In this document: piece after piece, positions 41,868-51,075 of the stretch | Numbering within the stretch: the first letter of the stretch is position 1 | Layout of the letters: every line of letters begins with the position of its first letter | Program-made: the position numbers and the translations under genes | Notes under the pieces: model-generated | The model's database searches: none | Told to the model about the DNA's origin: nothing | The model's input: the letters and a program-made list of their open reading frames with translations, nothing else | DNA from: Flavobacteriales bacterium | GTDB taxonomy: Bacteria > Bacteroidota > Bacteroidia > Flavobacteriales_F > PHOS-HE28 | Direction: 5' to 3' | Assembly (NCBI GenBank): GCA_016715895.1 | Contig: JADJXH010000004.1 | Span: 218,876 to 282,875 of the forward strand | Length of the DNA: 64,000 nucleotides

Positions 41868-42841
41868 GGGGCCGGCGTCCACTTCTCCACCCGACCCGCC
41901 ACCGGCTTCAGCGCCGCCAGGTGGTCGTAGATCGCCCCGAGGTCCTGCTCGGTCATCGTGGCGTACATCGTCCACGGCATCACCGTCTGGAAGTCGCCCG
42001 GGCCCACCTTTGGATGGACGTAGGCACTGTCGGCGTACTGCTTGAACCGCGCGATGAACATGGCCTTGTCCCAGGCCCCGATGCCGTCCGTGGGGTGCGG
42101 CGTGATGTTCGGTGACCGCAGCACGGAGCCATCGGGGAAGGCGAAGGTGAATCCTCCGGCGAAGGGCTGACCCACACGTTCGCCCTTCACGGTGTTCGTG
42201 TGGCACTCGATGCAGGCGGCCGCATTGGTCACATACTCGCCATAGAGCGCGTCGGTCGGAGCGGGACGGTCCATGGGCTTTGGCGGCTCGGGCACCGTGC
42301 GCATGATGAGGTTCACCGGGAAGTCGATCGTGCTCTCCGGATAGGCCGGCGTGGCGATGGGGTCCAGGGAGCGCAGGTAGGCGATGATGCTGTGCACGTC
42401 CTCGGTGGCCAGCCTGTTGTAGTTCGGATAGGGCATCACCGGGAAGAAGGGATGACCGTCCTTGCTGACCCCGCTGGTGATGGCCCGGTACAGTTCGCCA
42501 TCGGTCCAGTCCTTCAGTGCGAAGGGGGTGATGTTGCGTGCGAAGAACTCGCCGGGGAACTGCATGGTGCGGTCGAACTTGTCGCCGCCGGCCCCCAGCG
42601 TCCCGGGTTTGGGCGGACCGGCAAAGAGGCTCCAGTCACGCTGCGCGTGGCAGTCCATGCACACGCACACACTGTTGGCGAGGTAGCGCCCCCGTTCGAT
42701 CCGCTCGGGGGTGAGCTCCACCTTCAGGTCCGCAGGCGCGTCCACATCGGGCAGGGCCTTTGTGATGTAAAGCAGTCCTGCACCGACGACCACGGCCAGG
42801 AGCAGGAGCACGGCAGCAAGGATCTTGATGAACCGTTTCAT
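41864..42841 (-). CDS. Diheme c-type cytochrome, membrane-anchored
   Basis: CMDCH and CIECH, two NITP motifs, and MPY/MPW distal Met residues; N-terminal TM helix. Confidence 0.88.
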   Translation of the reverse strand: MKRFIKILAAVLLLLAVVVGAGLLYITKALPDVDAPADLKVELTPERIERGRYLANSVCVCMDCHAQRDWSLFAGPPKPGTLGAGGDKFDRTMQFPGEFFARNITPFALKDWTDGELYRAITSGVSKDGHPFFPVMPYPNYNRLATEDVHSIIAYLRSLDPIATPAYPESTIDFPVNLIMRTVPEPPKPMDRPAPTDALYGEYVTNAAACIECHTNTVKGERVGQPFAGGFTFAFPDGSVLRSPNITPHPTDGIGAWDKAMFIARFKQYADSAYVHPKVGPGDFQTVMPWTMYATMTEQDLGAIYDHLAALKPVAGRVEKWTPAP

Positions 42842-42949
42842 GGGACAGGTGGTGTTGGATGGAACGAAAGTGGCGAATGACGGATCACCACACAACCGGA
42901 AGCAGCGTCACCTGCGATCGAGGATCAACGCCTGTTACCTTCGGAGCGC

Positions 42950-44644
42950 ATGTCGAAGAACATCACCTCCCTCTCCGGCCGCGACGGCAAGGAGCTGGAC
43001 GACGCCCTGTGGGACCGGTTGCAAGCGGCCGCCGACCTTACGGGCACGCCATCAACGGACGCGCTCACCCGCATCGCGGATGAGTACCTCATCGGCGAGG
43101 CCATCACCTATGGCACCAGCACCTTCTACGACTTCCTGAAACCGGAGAACAAAGGCATCAAGGCCTACGTGTGCAACGGCAGCGCCTGCCTGGTGGCGGG
43201 CACGCAGGACAAGGTGCACCACGCACTGCGAAAGCACTTCAAGGAGGAGGAGATCGGGCACATGTGCTGCCTGGGGCGCTGCCACGAGAACAGCGCCTTC
43301 CACATCGGCGGTCGCAACTACAGCGGCGACAGCGTGGACCGCGTGGACGAGGTGGTGAAGGCGGTGCGTGAAGGTGGTGCGCACGGCGTGGCGGCGAACG
43401 GTGGGCACCATGTGGGCACCACCATGGAGGCCCCCATCCTCACAGCGCCCATGCCGCCGCTGCCGGAGTTCTACGCGGTGTGGGAGCGCGTGCTGCAGAG
43501 CGATCCGGCGGACATCCTGCAGGAGATCAAGGTGGCCACGATCCGCGGAAGAGGAGGGGCCGGTTTCCCCATGGGCTTCAAACTGGAGGCCTGCCGCAAC
43601 GCCACCGACACCACCGGCAACGGCACCCCGCGCAAGTACATCGTGTGCAATGCGGACGAAGGCGATCCGGCGGCCTTCAGCGACCGGTACCTGCTGGAGC
43701 AGCGTCCGCACCGTGTGCTGCTCGGCATGATGATCGCCGGCTACTGTGTGGGGGCCGATACGGGTGTCCTCTACATCCGGGCGGAATATCCCGAAGCGAT
43801 CGCCGCGGTGAAGGAGGCCATCCGGGAACTGGAGGCGGCCGGCTGGATCGGCACCGCCATCAAGGGCAGCGGCTTCCACTGGCGCTTCAAGGTGATCAAG
43901 GCGGCGGGTGCCTATGTGTGCGGTGAGGAGACGGCGCTGCTCAACAGCATCGAGGGCAAGCGCGGCGAGGTGCGCACCCGTCCCCCCTATCCGGCGCAGC
44001 AGGGTCTGTTCAACCGGCCCACGGTGGTGAACAACGTGGAGACGCTCGCCTGTGTGCCCTGGGTGGTGGAGCATGGCGGTGCGGCCTTCGCACGGCTCGG
44101 CTCCGAGAAGAGCAACGGCTCCAAGCTCGTCTGCCTGGACAGCGGCTTCAACCGCCCCGGTCTCTATGAGGTGGAGTGCGGCACCCCCCTCGCCCGTGTC
44201 ATCGACGAGCTCGGCCAGGGCTTCGCCCGCCCCACCAAGGCGCTGCATATCGGCGGACCGCTCGGCGGCATCGTTCCGATGGAGAAGATCAACGCGCTCT
44301 CCATCGATTTCGAGAGCTTCCAGAAGGAGGGCTTCCTCCTCGGGCATGCGAGCGTGCTCAGCATCCCCGCCGGCTTTCCGATGATCGACTACCTGGAGCA
44401 CCTCTTCGCGTTCACGGCGGCGGAGAGCTGCGGCAAGTGCTTCCCCTGTCGCATCGGTTCCACCCGTGGACGGGAGCTGATCCAGGGTGCACGCGACGGC
44501 CGGCGGATCGACCGGGCGCTGTTCCAGGACCTCATCGAGACGATGGAGATCGGGTCGTTGTGCGCGCTCGGCGGAGGACTGCCGCTCGGTGTACGCAATG
44601 CGCTTCAGTACTTCGGCGACGAGCTGCGTCCGGCGTTCACCTGA
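42950..44644 (+). CDS. NAD-dependent formate dehydrogenase flavoprotein subunit (NuoE-like plus NuoF-like fusion)
   Basis: CNGSAC...CCLGRC (2Fe-2S), IRGRGGAGFP, CNADEGDP, AYVCGEETALL, ESCGKCFPCRIG and SLCALG; TACCTTCG box at 42936-42943. Confidence 0.9.
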   Translation: MSKNITSLSGRDGKELDDALWDRLQAAADLTGTPSTDALTRIADEYLIGEAITYGTSTFYDFLKPENKGIKAYVCNGSACLVAGTQDKVHHALRKHFKEEEIGHMCCLGRCHENSAFHIGGRNYSGDSVDRVDEVVKAVREGGAHGVAANGGHHVGTTMEAPILTAPMPPLPEFYAVWERVLQSDPADILQEIKVATIRGRGGAGFPMGFKLEACRNATDTTGNGTPRKYIVCNADEGDPAAFSDRYLLEQRPHRVLLGMMIAGYCVGADTGVLYIRAEYPEAIAAVKEAIRELEAAGWIGTAIKGSGFHWRFKVIKAAGAYVCGEETALLNSIEGKRGEVRTRPPYPAQQGLFNRPTVVNNVETLACVPWVVEHGGAAFARLGSEKSNGSKLVCLDSGFNRPGLYEVECGTPLARVIDELGQGFARPTKALHIGGPLGGIVPMEKINALSIDFESFQKEGFLLGHASVLSIPAGFPMIDYLEHLFAFTAAESCGKCFPCRIGSTRGRELIQGARDGRRIDRALFQDLIETMEIGSLCALGGGLPLGVRNALQYFGDELRPAFT

Positions 44645-44715
44645 TCGATGAAGGCGGCGCCCGAGCCGGCGCTCCCAACGCACGACGCGCCGCGATGCGG
44701 CGCGCCGGAAATGGC

Positions 44716-44740
44716 GAAGGGCCCGGAACCCGGGCCCTTC
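44716..44740. terminator. Hairpin between convergent genes
   Basis: gaagggcccg-gaacc-cgggcccttc, a perfect 10-bp stem. Confidence 0.7.
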
Positions 44741-44761
44741 GATCGTATGGAGCCAGGCTCC

Positions 44762-44890
44762 TTACTTCTTCTTCGCGGCCTTCTTCGTGGCCTTCTTCGC
44801 GGCCTTCTTGGTGGCCTTCTTCGGAGCGGCCTTCTTGGTCGCCTTCTTCGCGGCCTTCTTCGTGGCCTTCTTAGCTGCCTTCTTTGCCAT
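44762..44890 (-). CDS. 42-aa histone H1-like Lys/Ala-rich protein
   Basis: Below the ORF-track cut-off. ATG at 44890 gives MAKKAAKKATKKAAKKATKKAAPKKATKKAAKKATKKAAKKK-TAA, followed by a hairpin terminator. Confidence 0.85.
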   Translation of the reverse strand: MAKKAAKKATKKAAKKATKKAAPKKATKKAAKKATKKAAKKK

Positions 44891-45142
44891 GACGGTTAAG
44901 GGTTTGAGACAAACGTATCACCTCGAACGCATCCACGCATCAAATGGTTGCAAGGATGTACCAACCAAATAGTGTTGATAACGATGAAGTGCGATCATCG
45001 ATCCTCGCATCGCATCGCGGTCATGCGCGCATCCGTTCGTTCGCATCGGTCGCATGCATCACGTGATGCACATGGTGCTCCTGCATCGCGTCGCCGCCAT
45101 CACGCATCGCTCCTGCCATCGATGCGTTCGGTGCCAAGCCGA

Positions 45143-45355
45143 TCATCCCACCGCACGCATCCGGTTGCCCTTCGCCTCGTGCGTGAGCTCGCACAGGCCG
45201 AGCGCCTCCATCAGCGGTGGCAGGTACACGCCGAAGCGTCCACGCAGACCCTTCTTCAACCCATACCAGCCACCCACCGGGTTCTGCGGTGAACGCCCCC
45301 AGGCTTCCACGGTGCCTTCCTTGGCCGGCTTCTGCTCATCGGCCCCGCCGAGCTC
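45143..45355 (-). pseudogene. C-terminal fragment of a conserved hypothetical protein (DUF6855-like by recollection)
   Basis: ELGGADEQKPAKEGTVEAWGRSPQNPVGGWYGLKKGLRGRFG..PPLMEALGL; the expected N-terminal half is not recognisable upstream. Confidence 0.5.
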
Positions 45356-45511
45356 CCTGGATCGCATGCGGACGTCCAGATGAGTCGCATGGGCTCCGAT
45401 CGGCATGCGCAAGGGGACTGATCATTGATCGAAGCGCGTTCGCGCGATGCCTTGCGGAAGGGCAGCGTCCGTCATGGCCGCGTTGCCGGCCCTGGTGCGG
45501 AGCGCTTCCGC

Positions 45512-46060
45512 TCAGCGGAGACCCGCAGGCAGCGGCCACCGCTTATGCGCGCCGGTGAGCCGAGCGAGCAGCAAAGCGAAGCCGAAGAGGGCATCCTGCA
45601 ACCAGAACGGCATGCCCGCCAGCCGGTACTCCTTCCGCATCTTCCACAACAGGTGCATGGCGGCCAAGGGCGGCACCTTGTTCCAATCGCCGCCGCGTTC
45701 CATCGCCGTATCGCCCATCGACTGCAGCATCCATTCGATATGCAGCGCCGGCTCGTACCAGAACTCCGCCTCCACCCGCTCGGTGGCGCTCCCATTGCGG
45801 AAGTTGTGCGCCTCGCCAGAACGGATCACAGTGCTCTGCCCGGGACCGAGGGTCACCTCCTTCTTGCCGATGGTCACGATCAAGGTCCCGCTGTTCACCT
45901 TGAAGCCCTCTTCCTGCCCGAAGTGGACGTGCGGACCCGGGCCTTTGTTGCCAGGCCCAAGGCTCAACGTGGCCTCGCTTCGTTGGCCGTTGGTGCGCTC
46001 GCGGGCATCGTTGAACTGGATGCGCTCGCCGATGGCATGGAGGTCGATCGTCCGTTTCAT
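45512..46060 (-). CDS. Cupin domain protein
   Basis: GPGPHVHFGQEEGFKVNSG...GEAHNFRN cupin motifs; start at ATG 46060. Confidence 0.85.
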   Translation of the reverse strand: MKRTIDLHAIGERIQFNDARERTNGQRSEATLSLGPGNKGPGPHVHFGQEEGFKVNSGTLIVTIGKKEVTLGPGQSTVIRSGEAHNFRNGSATERVEAEFWYEPALHIEWMLQSMGDTAMERGGDWNKVPPLAAMHLLWKMRKEYRLAGMPFWLQDALFGFALLLARLTGAHKRWPLPAGLR

Positions 46061-46093
46061 GCCGTTGCGGTTTCCAGCAAAGCTGATCGGTCT

Positions 46094-47213
46094 TATTGAT
46101 CCGGCATCGATATAGCGGACGATCGGCACGATCTGTGGATCTTGCCGAGGCATGCGCGAGAACGACTCCAGGAAGCTGTCGATGCCCGAGCTCAATGAGC
46201 GTCGTAGGCAGGCGGTGCAATGCAGGCTCAAGGGCATGGGCCTGAAGGAAACGGCCGAACTCTGTGGCATGTCCCGCAACACGGTGAACGAAGCCTGGCA
46301 ACGGTACAAGGCCGGTGGCTGGAAGGCCATTCGTGTGTGGAAGACCGGTCGCCCGGTGGGCAAGGGACGCATCCTGACAAGTGAGCAGGAGAAGGAGACA
46401 CAACGGCTGATCCGTGACAGAACGCCCGATCAGTTGAAAATGCCTTATGCGTTGTGGAACCGGCAAGCGGTGCGCGAGCTGATCGAGCGGCGCTACGACC
46501 GCAAGCTGGCCATACGCAGTGTGGGGCTCTATCTGGAGCGCTGGGGATTTACGCCGCAGAAGCCACTGCGCAAGGCCTACGAGCAGCGACCGGAGGCGGT
46601 GCGCAAGTGGCTGCACGAGGATTATCCGGCCATCCGTGCACGTGCCAAGGCTGAAGGTGCCGTGATCCACTGGGGCGATGAGACCGGTCTGCGCAGTGAT
46701 GACGTTCGCGGGCGCAGCTACTCCCTGCGAGGCCACACTCCCGTGGTCAGGGTGAACCACAACCGCCACGGCTGTTCGGTGATCTCCACGGTGACCAATC
46801 GCGGGGAAATGCGCTGGATGGTCTTCAAGGGCGCACTGAACAGCAGCATCCTGATCGGCTTTCTGAGAAGACTGGTCAAGGATAGCGACAACAAGGTGTT
46901 CCTGATCTTGGACAACCTCAGGGTCCACCACAGCAAGCCGGTCAAGGAATGGCTCGAGGAGCATCTGGAGAGCATCGAGGTCTTCCACCTGCCGAGTTAT
47001 TCGCCCGAACTCAACCCGGTGGAAGTAGCGAACGCAGCGCTGAAGGATGCCGTCACCAAGCACGCTCCAGCACGCAAGAAGGGGCAGCTTGAACTCTTCA
47101 CATCACGCTTCCTGCGTTCCCTCCAGCGACACCCCAAGCGCATCATCGCACTGTTCCAGAAAGACACCGTTCGTTACGCAGCCTGAGTCCAGATCATGAA
47201 TGCCGGATCAATA
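46094..47213 (+). mobile_element. IS630-family insertion sequence
   Basis: Terminal inverted repeats ATTGATCCGGCAT (46095-46107) and ATGCCGGATCAAT (47200-47212), a TA dinucleotide at both ends, and a single transposase ORF. Confidence 0.93.
46152..47186 (+). CDS. IS630 DDE transposase
   Basis: N-terminal HTH, GFTPQKP, WGDETG, LILDNLRVH and LPSYSPELNPVE. Confidence 0.95.
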   Translation: MRENDSRKLSMPELNERRRQAVQCRLKGMGLKETAELCGMSRNTVNEAWQRYKAGGWKAIRVWKTGRPVGKGRILTSEQEKETQRLIRDRTPDQLKMPYALWNRQAVRELIERRYDRKLAIRSVGLYLERWGFTPQKPLRKAYEQRPEAVRKWLHEDYPAIRARAKAEGAVIHWGDETGLRSDDVRGRSYSLRGHTPVVRVNHNRHGCSVISTVTNRGEMRWMVFKGALNSSILIGFLRRLVKDSDNKVFLILDNLRVHHSKPVKEWLEEHLESIEVFHLPSYSPELNPVEVANAALKDAVTKHAPARKKGQLELFTSRFLRSLQRHPKRIIALFQKDTVRYAA

Positions 47214-47325
47214 AGCAATGCTGTGCAAGTCTCGCTCCACCGGCACTTCCATGCCCTCCTCATCCGAGGAGCAGGGTTCGAAGCTGGACGCGCCCTTTCT
47301 ATCTTCGTGCGTTACGTATCTCGCC

Positions 47326-50190
47326 ATGAACCAGCCCCAGGCCAAGACCGGCACCTCCGCCCCTCCCGCCGCCAAGACCCAGTCCGCCCCGGCCTCCTCC
47401 AACAAGGCAGCCGTGGAGGTCGACCTCGCCTACATCGATGGTGTGGCCTACCCCATCCACAAGGGCGAAACGATGCTCGCCTTCCTGAAGCGGCACAAGG
47501 GTCCCAACCCGGTGCCCACGCTCTGCGACGCGCCCAACCTGGAGCCCTTCGGCAGCTGCCGCGTGTGCAGCGTGGAGGTGGCCCTTCAGGAGGACGGCCC
47601 CAGCAAGGTGATGGCCAGCTGCCACATCCCCGTGGGCAAGGGCATGTACATCACGGTGAACAGCCCGCGCATGGAGCGGCTGCGCAAGAACATCGTGGAG
47701 CTGGTGCTCACCGACTACGACACCGAGCGGCTGAAGACCGAGGACCACGGGCGGAACGAACTGTACAATGTCGTCCAGCAGATCGGCTTCGACATCGACA
47801 GCGTGCGCTACCCCAAGGGGAAGAACCACCTCGACACGCCGATGGACACGAGCCATCCGTACATGGTGAGCGACCTCAGCGCGTGCATCAGCTGCTACCG
47901 GTGCGTGCGCGCGTGCGACGAGGTGCAGGGCGAGTTCGTGCTCACCATGGCCGGCCGCGGCTTCGACAACCACATCGTCAAGGGCACCAACGAAAGCTTC
48001 AAGGACAGCGATTGCGTGAGCTGCGGCGCCTGCGCACAGGCCTGCCCCACCAGTGCCATCACAGACGTGTTCCGCGCCAAGGAGACCAAGGCCGATGAAG
48101 TGGTGCGCACCGTGTGCACCTATTGCGGCGTGGGCTGCAACCTGGAGGTGAAGGTGAAGGACGGCAAGGTCGCCGGCATCACCGCACCGCTGGAGGCCGA
48201 GGCCAACCAGGGCCACACCTGCCTCAAGGGCCGCTACGCCTTCCGCTTCTACGACCACCCCGAGCGCTTGCGCACCCCGCTCATCCGCAAGAACGGCGAG
48301 CTCGTGCCCGCCACCTGGGACGAGGCCTACGACTTCATCGTGGACGGCTTCATCCGCATCCGCGAGCAACATGGTCCGGACGCGCTGGCCGGCGTGAGCA
48401 GCGCGCGCTGCCCCAACGAGGAGAACTACCTCATGCAGAAGTTCTTCCGCGCGCAGGTGGGCACCAACAACATCGACGCGTGCGCGCGCGTGTGCCACAG
48501 CCCCACGGCCCTGGGCATGCAGAAGACCTTCGGCACCGGCGCGGCCACCAACAGCATCGACGACCTGAAGGACACGCACACCATCATGGTGATCGGTGCG
48601 AACCCCACCGACGCGCACCCGGTGACCGGCGCCAAGATCAAGCAGCAGATCATGAAGGGGAAGACCCTGATCGTGATCGACCCGCGCCGCACCGAGCTGG
48701 CCCGCTACGCCCACTACCACCTGCAGCTGAAGCCCGGCACCAACGTGGCCCTGCTGAACATGATGATGCACTTCATCGTCAAGGAGGGCTGGGTGAAGCA
48801 GGAGTTCATCGACCAGCGCACCGAGGGCTGGGCCGATTTCAAGAAGGAGATCCTCGCCGTGGACATCGACGCCATGGAGCGCGAGACCGGTGTGGACCGG
48901 AACCTGGTGCGTGAAGCCGCGAAAGCCTACGCCAGCTCGCCCGCCGCCATGAGCTTCCACGGCCTGGGCGTCACCGAGCACTACCAGGGCACCTTCACCG
49001 TGATGCAGATCGCCGACCTGGCGATGATGACCGGCAACATCGGTCGCCGCGGCGTGGGCGTGAACCCGCTGCGTGGCCAGAACAACGTGCAGGGCGCGGC
49101 CGACATGGGCTGCCAACCCCACCAGGGGGCAGGCTACTTCGCGGTGGACGAGCCTGCGAACATCCGGATGTACGAGCAGTTCTACGGCGTGGAGCTGCCC
49201 CACCACGCGGGCAAGAAGATCCCGCAGATGTACGACGCCATGCTCGCGGGCACGCTGAAGGCCTTCTGGGTGGCGGGCGAGGACATGGCGCAGACGGACC
49301 CCAACACCCTGCACGTGCGCAAGGCCCTGGGCCAGCTCGAGCTCTTCGTGGTGCAGGAGCTCTTCATGACCGAGACCGCCAAGCTCGCCCACGTGGTGCT
49401 GCCCGCCAGCAGCTTCCTGGAGAAGAGCGGCACCTTCACCAACGGCGAGCGCCGCATCCAGCGCGTGAACGCCGTGGTGGAGCCCATCGAAGGCACCAAG
49501 AGCGACGGGCAGATCACCTGCGACATCATGGAGCGCTACGCCGCGAAGACCGGCAGGCGCAGCGGCAACGCCAGCAAGGAGTACCACCCGAGATGGGTAC
49601 TGGAGGAGATCAGCCGCATCGTGCCCTTCTTCGCCGGGGTGAAGTGGGACGAGCTGGGCGAGAACGGCAAGCAATGGCCCGTGAAGCCCGACGGCAGCGA
49701 CACCAAGATCCTGCACGCCGACACCTTCAAGCGCGGCCTCGGCAAGTTCATCTTCAACCAATGGGAGAAGAGCCCCGAGGTGCGCGAGAACGAGAAGGAC
49801 TACCCCTACATCATCACCACCAACCGCGAGCTGGAGCACTACAACTGCGGCGCCATGACGCGGCGCACCGGCAACGGCGAGATCCTCACCGAGGACGTGC
49901 TGCTGATCAACCCCGCCGACGCGGAGAAGAACGGCATCGCCGAGGGCGACATGGTGTGTGTGGAGAGCCCGCGTGGCAAGGTGGACATCAAGGCCCGCAT
50001 CACCGACGAGGTGAAACCCGGCATCCTCAGCAGCACCTTCCACTTCCCGGAGATCATGCTCAACATCATCACCAGCAGCGTGAGCGATTCACTGGCGATG
50101 TGCCCGGAGTACAAGGTGGTGACGTGCAGGATACGCAAGGCGAAGAAGGCGCACCTCCGTCAGGCTGGAGAAGTGGTACTGAAAGCCTGA
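47326..50190 (+). CDS. fdhF: Formate dehydrogenase alpha subunit (Mo/W-bisPGD, Cys-type)
   Basis: N-terminal Fe-S motifs (CRVC, CISCYRCVRAC, CVSCGACAQAC, CTYCGVGC), ARVCH active-site Cys-His, LRGQNNVQG; start at ATG 47326 after a TATCTTCG box at 47300-47307. Confidence 0.95.
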   Translation: MNQPQAKTGTSAPPAAKTQSAPASSNKAAVEVDLAYIDGVAYPIHKGETMLAFLKRHKGPNPVPTLCDAPNLEPFGSCRVCSVEVALQEDGPSKVMASCHIPVGKGMYITVNSPRMERLRKNIVELVLTDYDTERLKTEDHGRNELYNVVQQIGFDIDSVRYPKGKNHLDTPMDTSHPYMVSDLSACISCYRCVRACDEVQGEFVLTMAGRGFDNHIVKGTNESFKDSDCVSCGACAQACPTSAITDVFRAKETKADEVVRTVCTYCGVGCNLEVKVKDGKVAGITAPLEAEANQGHTCLKGRYAFRFYDHPERLRTPLIRKNGELVPATWDEAYDFIVDGFIRIREQHGPDALAGVSSARCPNEENYLMQKFFRAQVGTNNIDACARVCHSPTALGMQKTFGTGAATNSIDDLKDTHTIMVIGANPTDAHPVTGAKIKQQIMKGKTLIVIDPRRTELARYAHYHLQLKPGTNVALLNMMMHFIVKEGWVKQEFIDQRTEGWADFKKEILAVDIDAMERETGVDRNLVREAAKAYASSPAAMSFHGLGVTEHYQGTFTVMQIADLAMMTGNIGRRGVGVNPLRGQNNVQGAADMGCQPHQGAGYFAVDEPANIRMYEQFYGVELPHHAGKKIPQMYDAMLAGTLKAFWVAGEDMAQTDPNTLHVRKALGQLELFVVQELFMTETAKLAHVVLPASSFLEKSGTFTNGERRIQRVNAVVEPIEGTKSDGQITCDIMERYAAKTGRRSGNASKEYHPRWVLEEISRIVPFFAGVKWDELGENGKQWPVKPDGSDTKILHADTFKRGLGKFIFNQWEKSPEVRENEKDYPYIITTNRELEHYNCGAMTRRTGNGEILTEDVLLINPADAEKNGIAEGDMVCVESPRGKVDIKARITDEVKPGILSSTFHFPEIMLNIITSSVSDSLAMCPEYKVVTCRIRKAKKAHLRQAGEVVLKA

Positions 50191-50193
50191 TCG

Positions 50194-50640
50194 ATGCGCA
50201 TCTACATCGACACCTCGGTCTTCGGTGGTTGTTTCGACGAGGAGTTCGAGGAATGGTCCTTGAAACTCTTCGAGCTGGTCGCAACCGGCAAATACACGGT
50301 GGTGATCTCGGATGTGACCGAGGATGAGTTACGGGATGCACCCGCACATGTCCGCGAAGTATTGAAGGACCTTTCGCAGAAGCAGTTGGAGGTGGTCAAA
50401 CTCACGGAGGAGTCAAGAGCATTGGCCCATGCCTATGTCAAGGAGCGCATCGTCACCGCCAGGTGGAAGGCGGATACGGAGCACATCGCTGTCGCCACCA
50501 TCGCCCAGGTTGACCTTCTGGTGAGCTGGAATTTCAAGCACATCGTGAATTACGACCGCATCCGGCTCTACAACGCTGTAAATTTGAAGCACGGCTACAA
50601 ATTGCTCGAGATCCGTAGCCCAAGAGACCTGACCACATGA
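50194..50640 (+). CDS. PIN-domain toxin-like protein
   Basis: IYIDTSVFGG, DTEHIAVAT and LVSWNFKHIVN. Confidence 0.88.
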   Translation: MRIYIDTSVFGGCFDEEFEEWSLKLFELVATGKYTVVISDVTEDELRDAPAHVREVLKDLSQKQLEVVKLTEESRALAHAYVKERIVTARWKADTEHIAVATIAQVDLLVSWNFKHIVNYDRIRLYNAVNLKHGYKLLEIRSPRDLTT

Positions 50641-50822
50641 ACACCGAAGCCAGAAAGAAGAAGCGCTTTGACGCCGTGGCCATGGTGCGCGAGATACGTG
50701 AGGCCCACTATCGCCGAGACACCGACCCCAACTTCGATCCAGCGGAGTTGAAGCGCATCAAGGCAAAGTGGACCAAGTTGCTTGAGGAGGACCTGAAGGC
50801 GCGGGGTAAGAAAGCGGCTTAA
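50637..50822 (+). CDS. Putative antitoxin downstream of the PIN gene
   Basis: 61 aa, KKKRFDAVAMVREIRE; ATGA overlap with the PIN stop. Confidence 0.7.
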   Translation: MNTEARKKKRFDAVAMVREIREAHYRRDTDPNFDPAELKRIKAKWTKLLEEDLKARGKKAA

Positions 50823-50824
50823 CA

Positions 50825-51075
50825 ACCGACGAGGTGAAGCCTGCCTACCGGCAGGCAGGCCCGGCATCCTCAGCAGCACCTTCCACTTCCCCGTGATCAT
50901 GCTCAACATCATCACCAGCAGCGTGAGCGACAGCCTGGCGATCCCGTTAGGGCGGGACAGGTCGTGCCCGGAGTACAAGGTGGTGATCCCGCTGGGGCGG
51001 GACAGGCTGTGCAGGATCCGGAAGGCGCGGAAGGCGCACTTGAGGAAGGCCGGCGAAGTCCAGGTGAAGGCATGA
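50825..51075 (+). pseudogene. fdhF: fdhF 3'-end relic copy 1, with three palindromic insertions
   Basis: Aligns to about 50002-50190 (TDEVKPGILSSTFHFP...KA*), with insertions at 50840-50859, about 50941-50961 and 50986-51006. Confidence 0.95.

Noticed and set aside
44787-44972. Hydrophobic ORF MAFFAAFLVAFF...
   Set aside because: It is the antisense reading of the Lys/Ala histone-like gene.
47326-50190. Selenocysteine-containing FDH
   Set aside because: The active site reads ARVCH (Cys), and there is no in-frame TGA.
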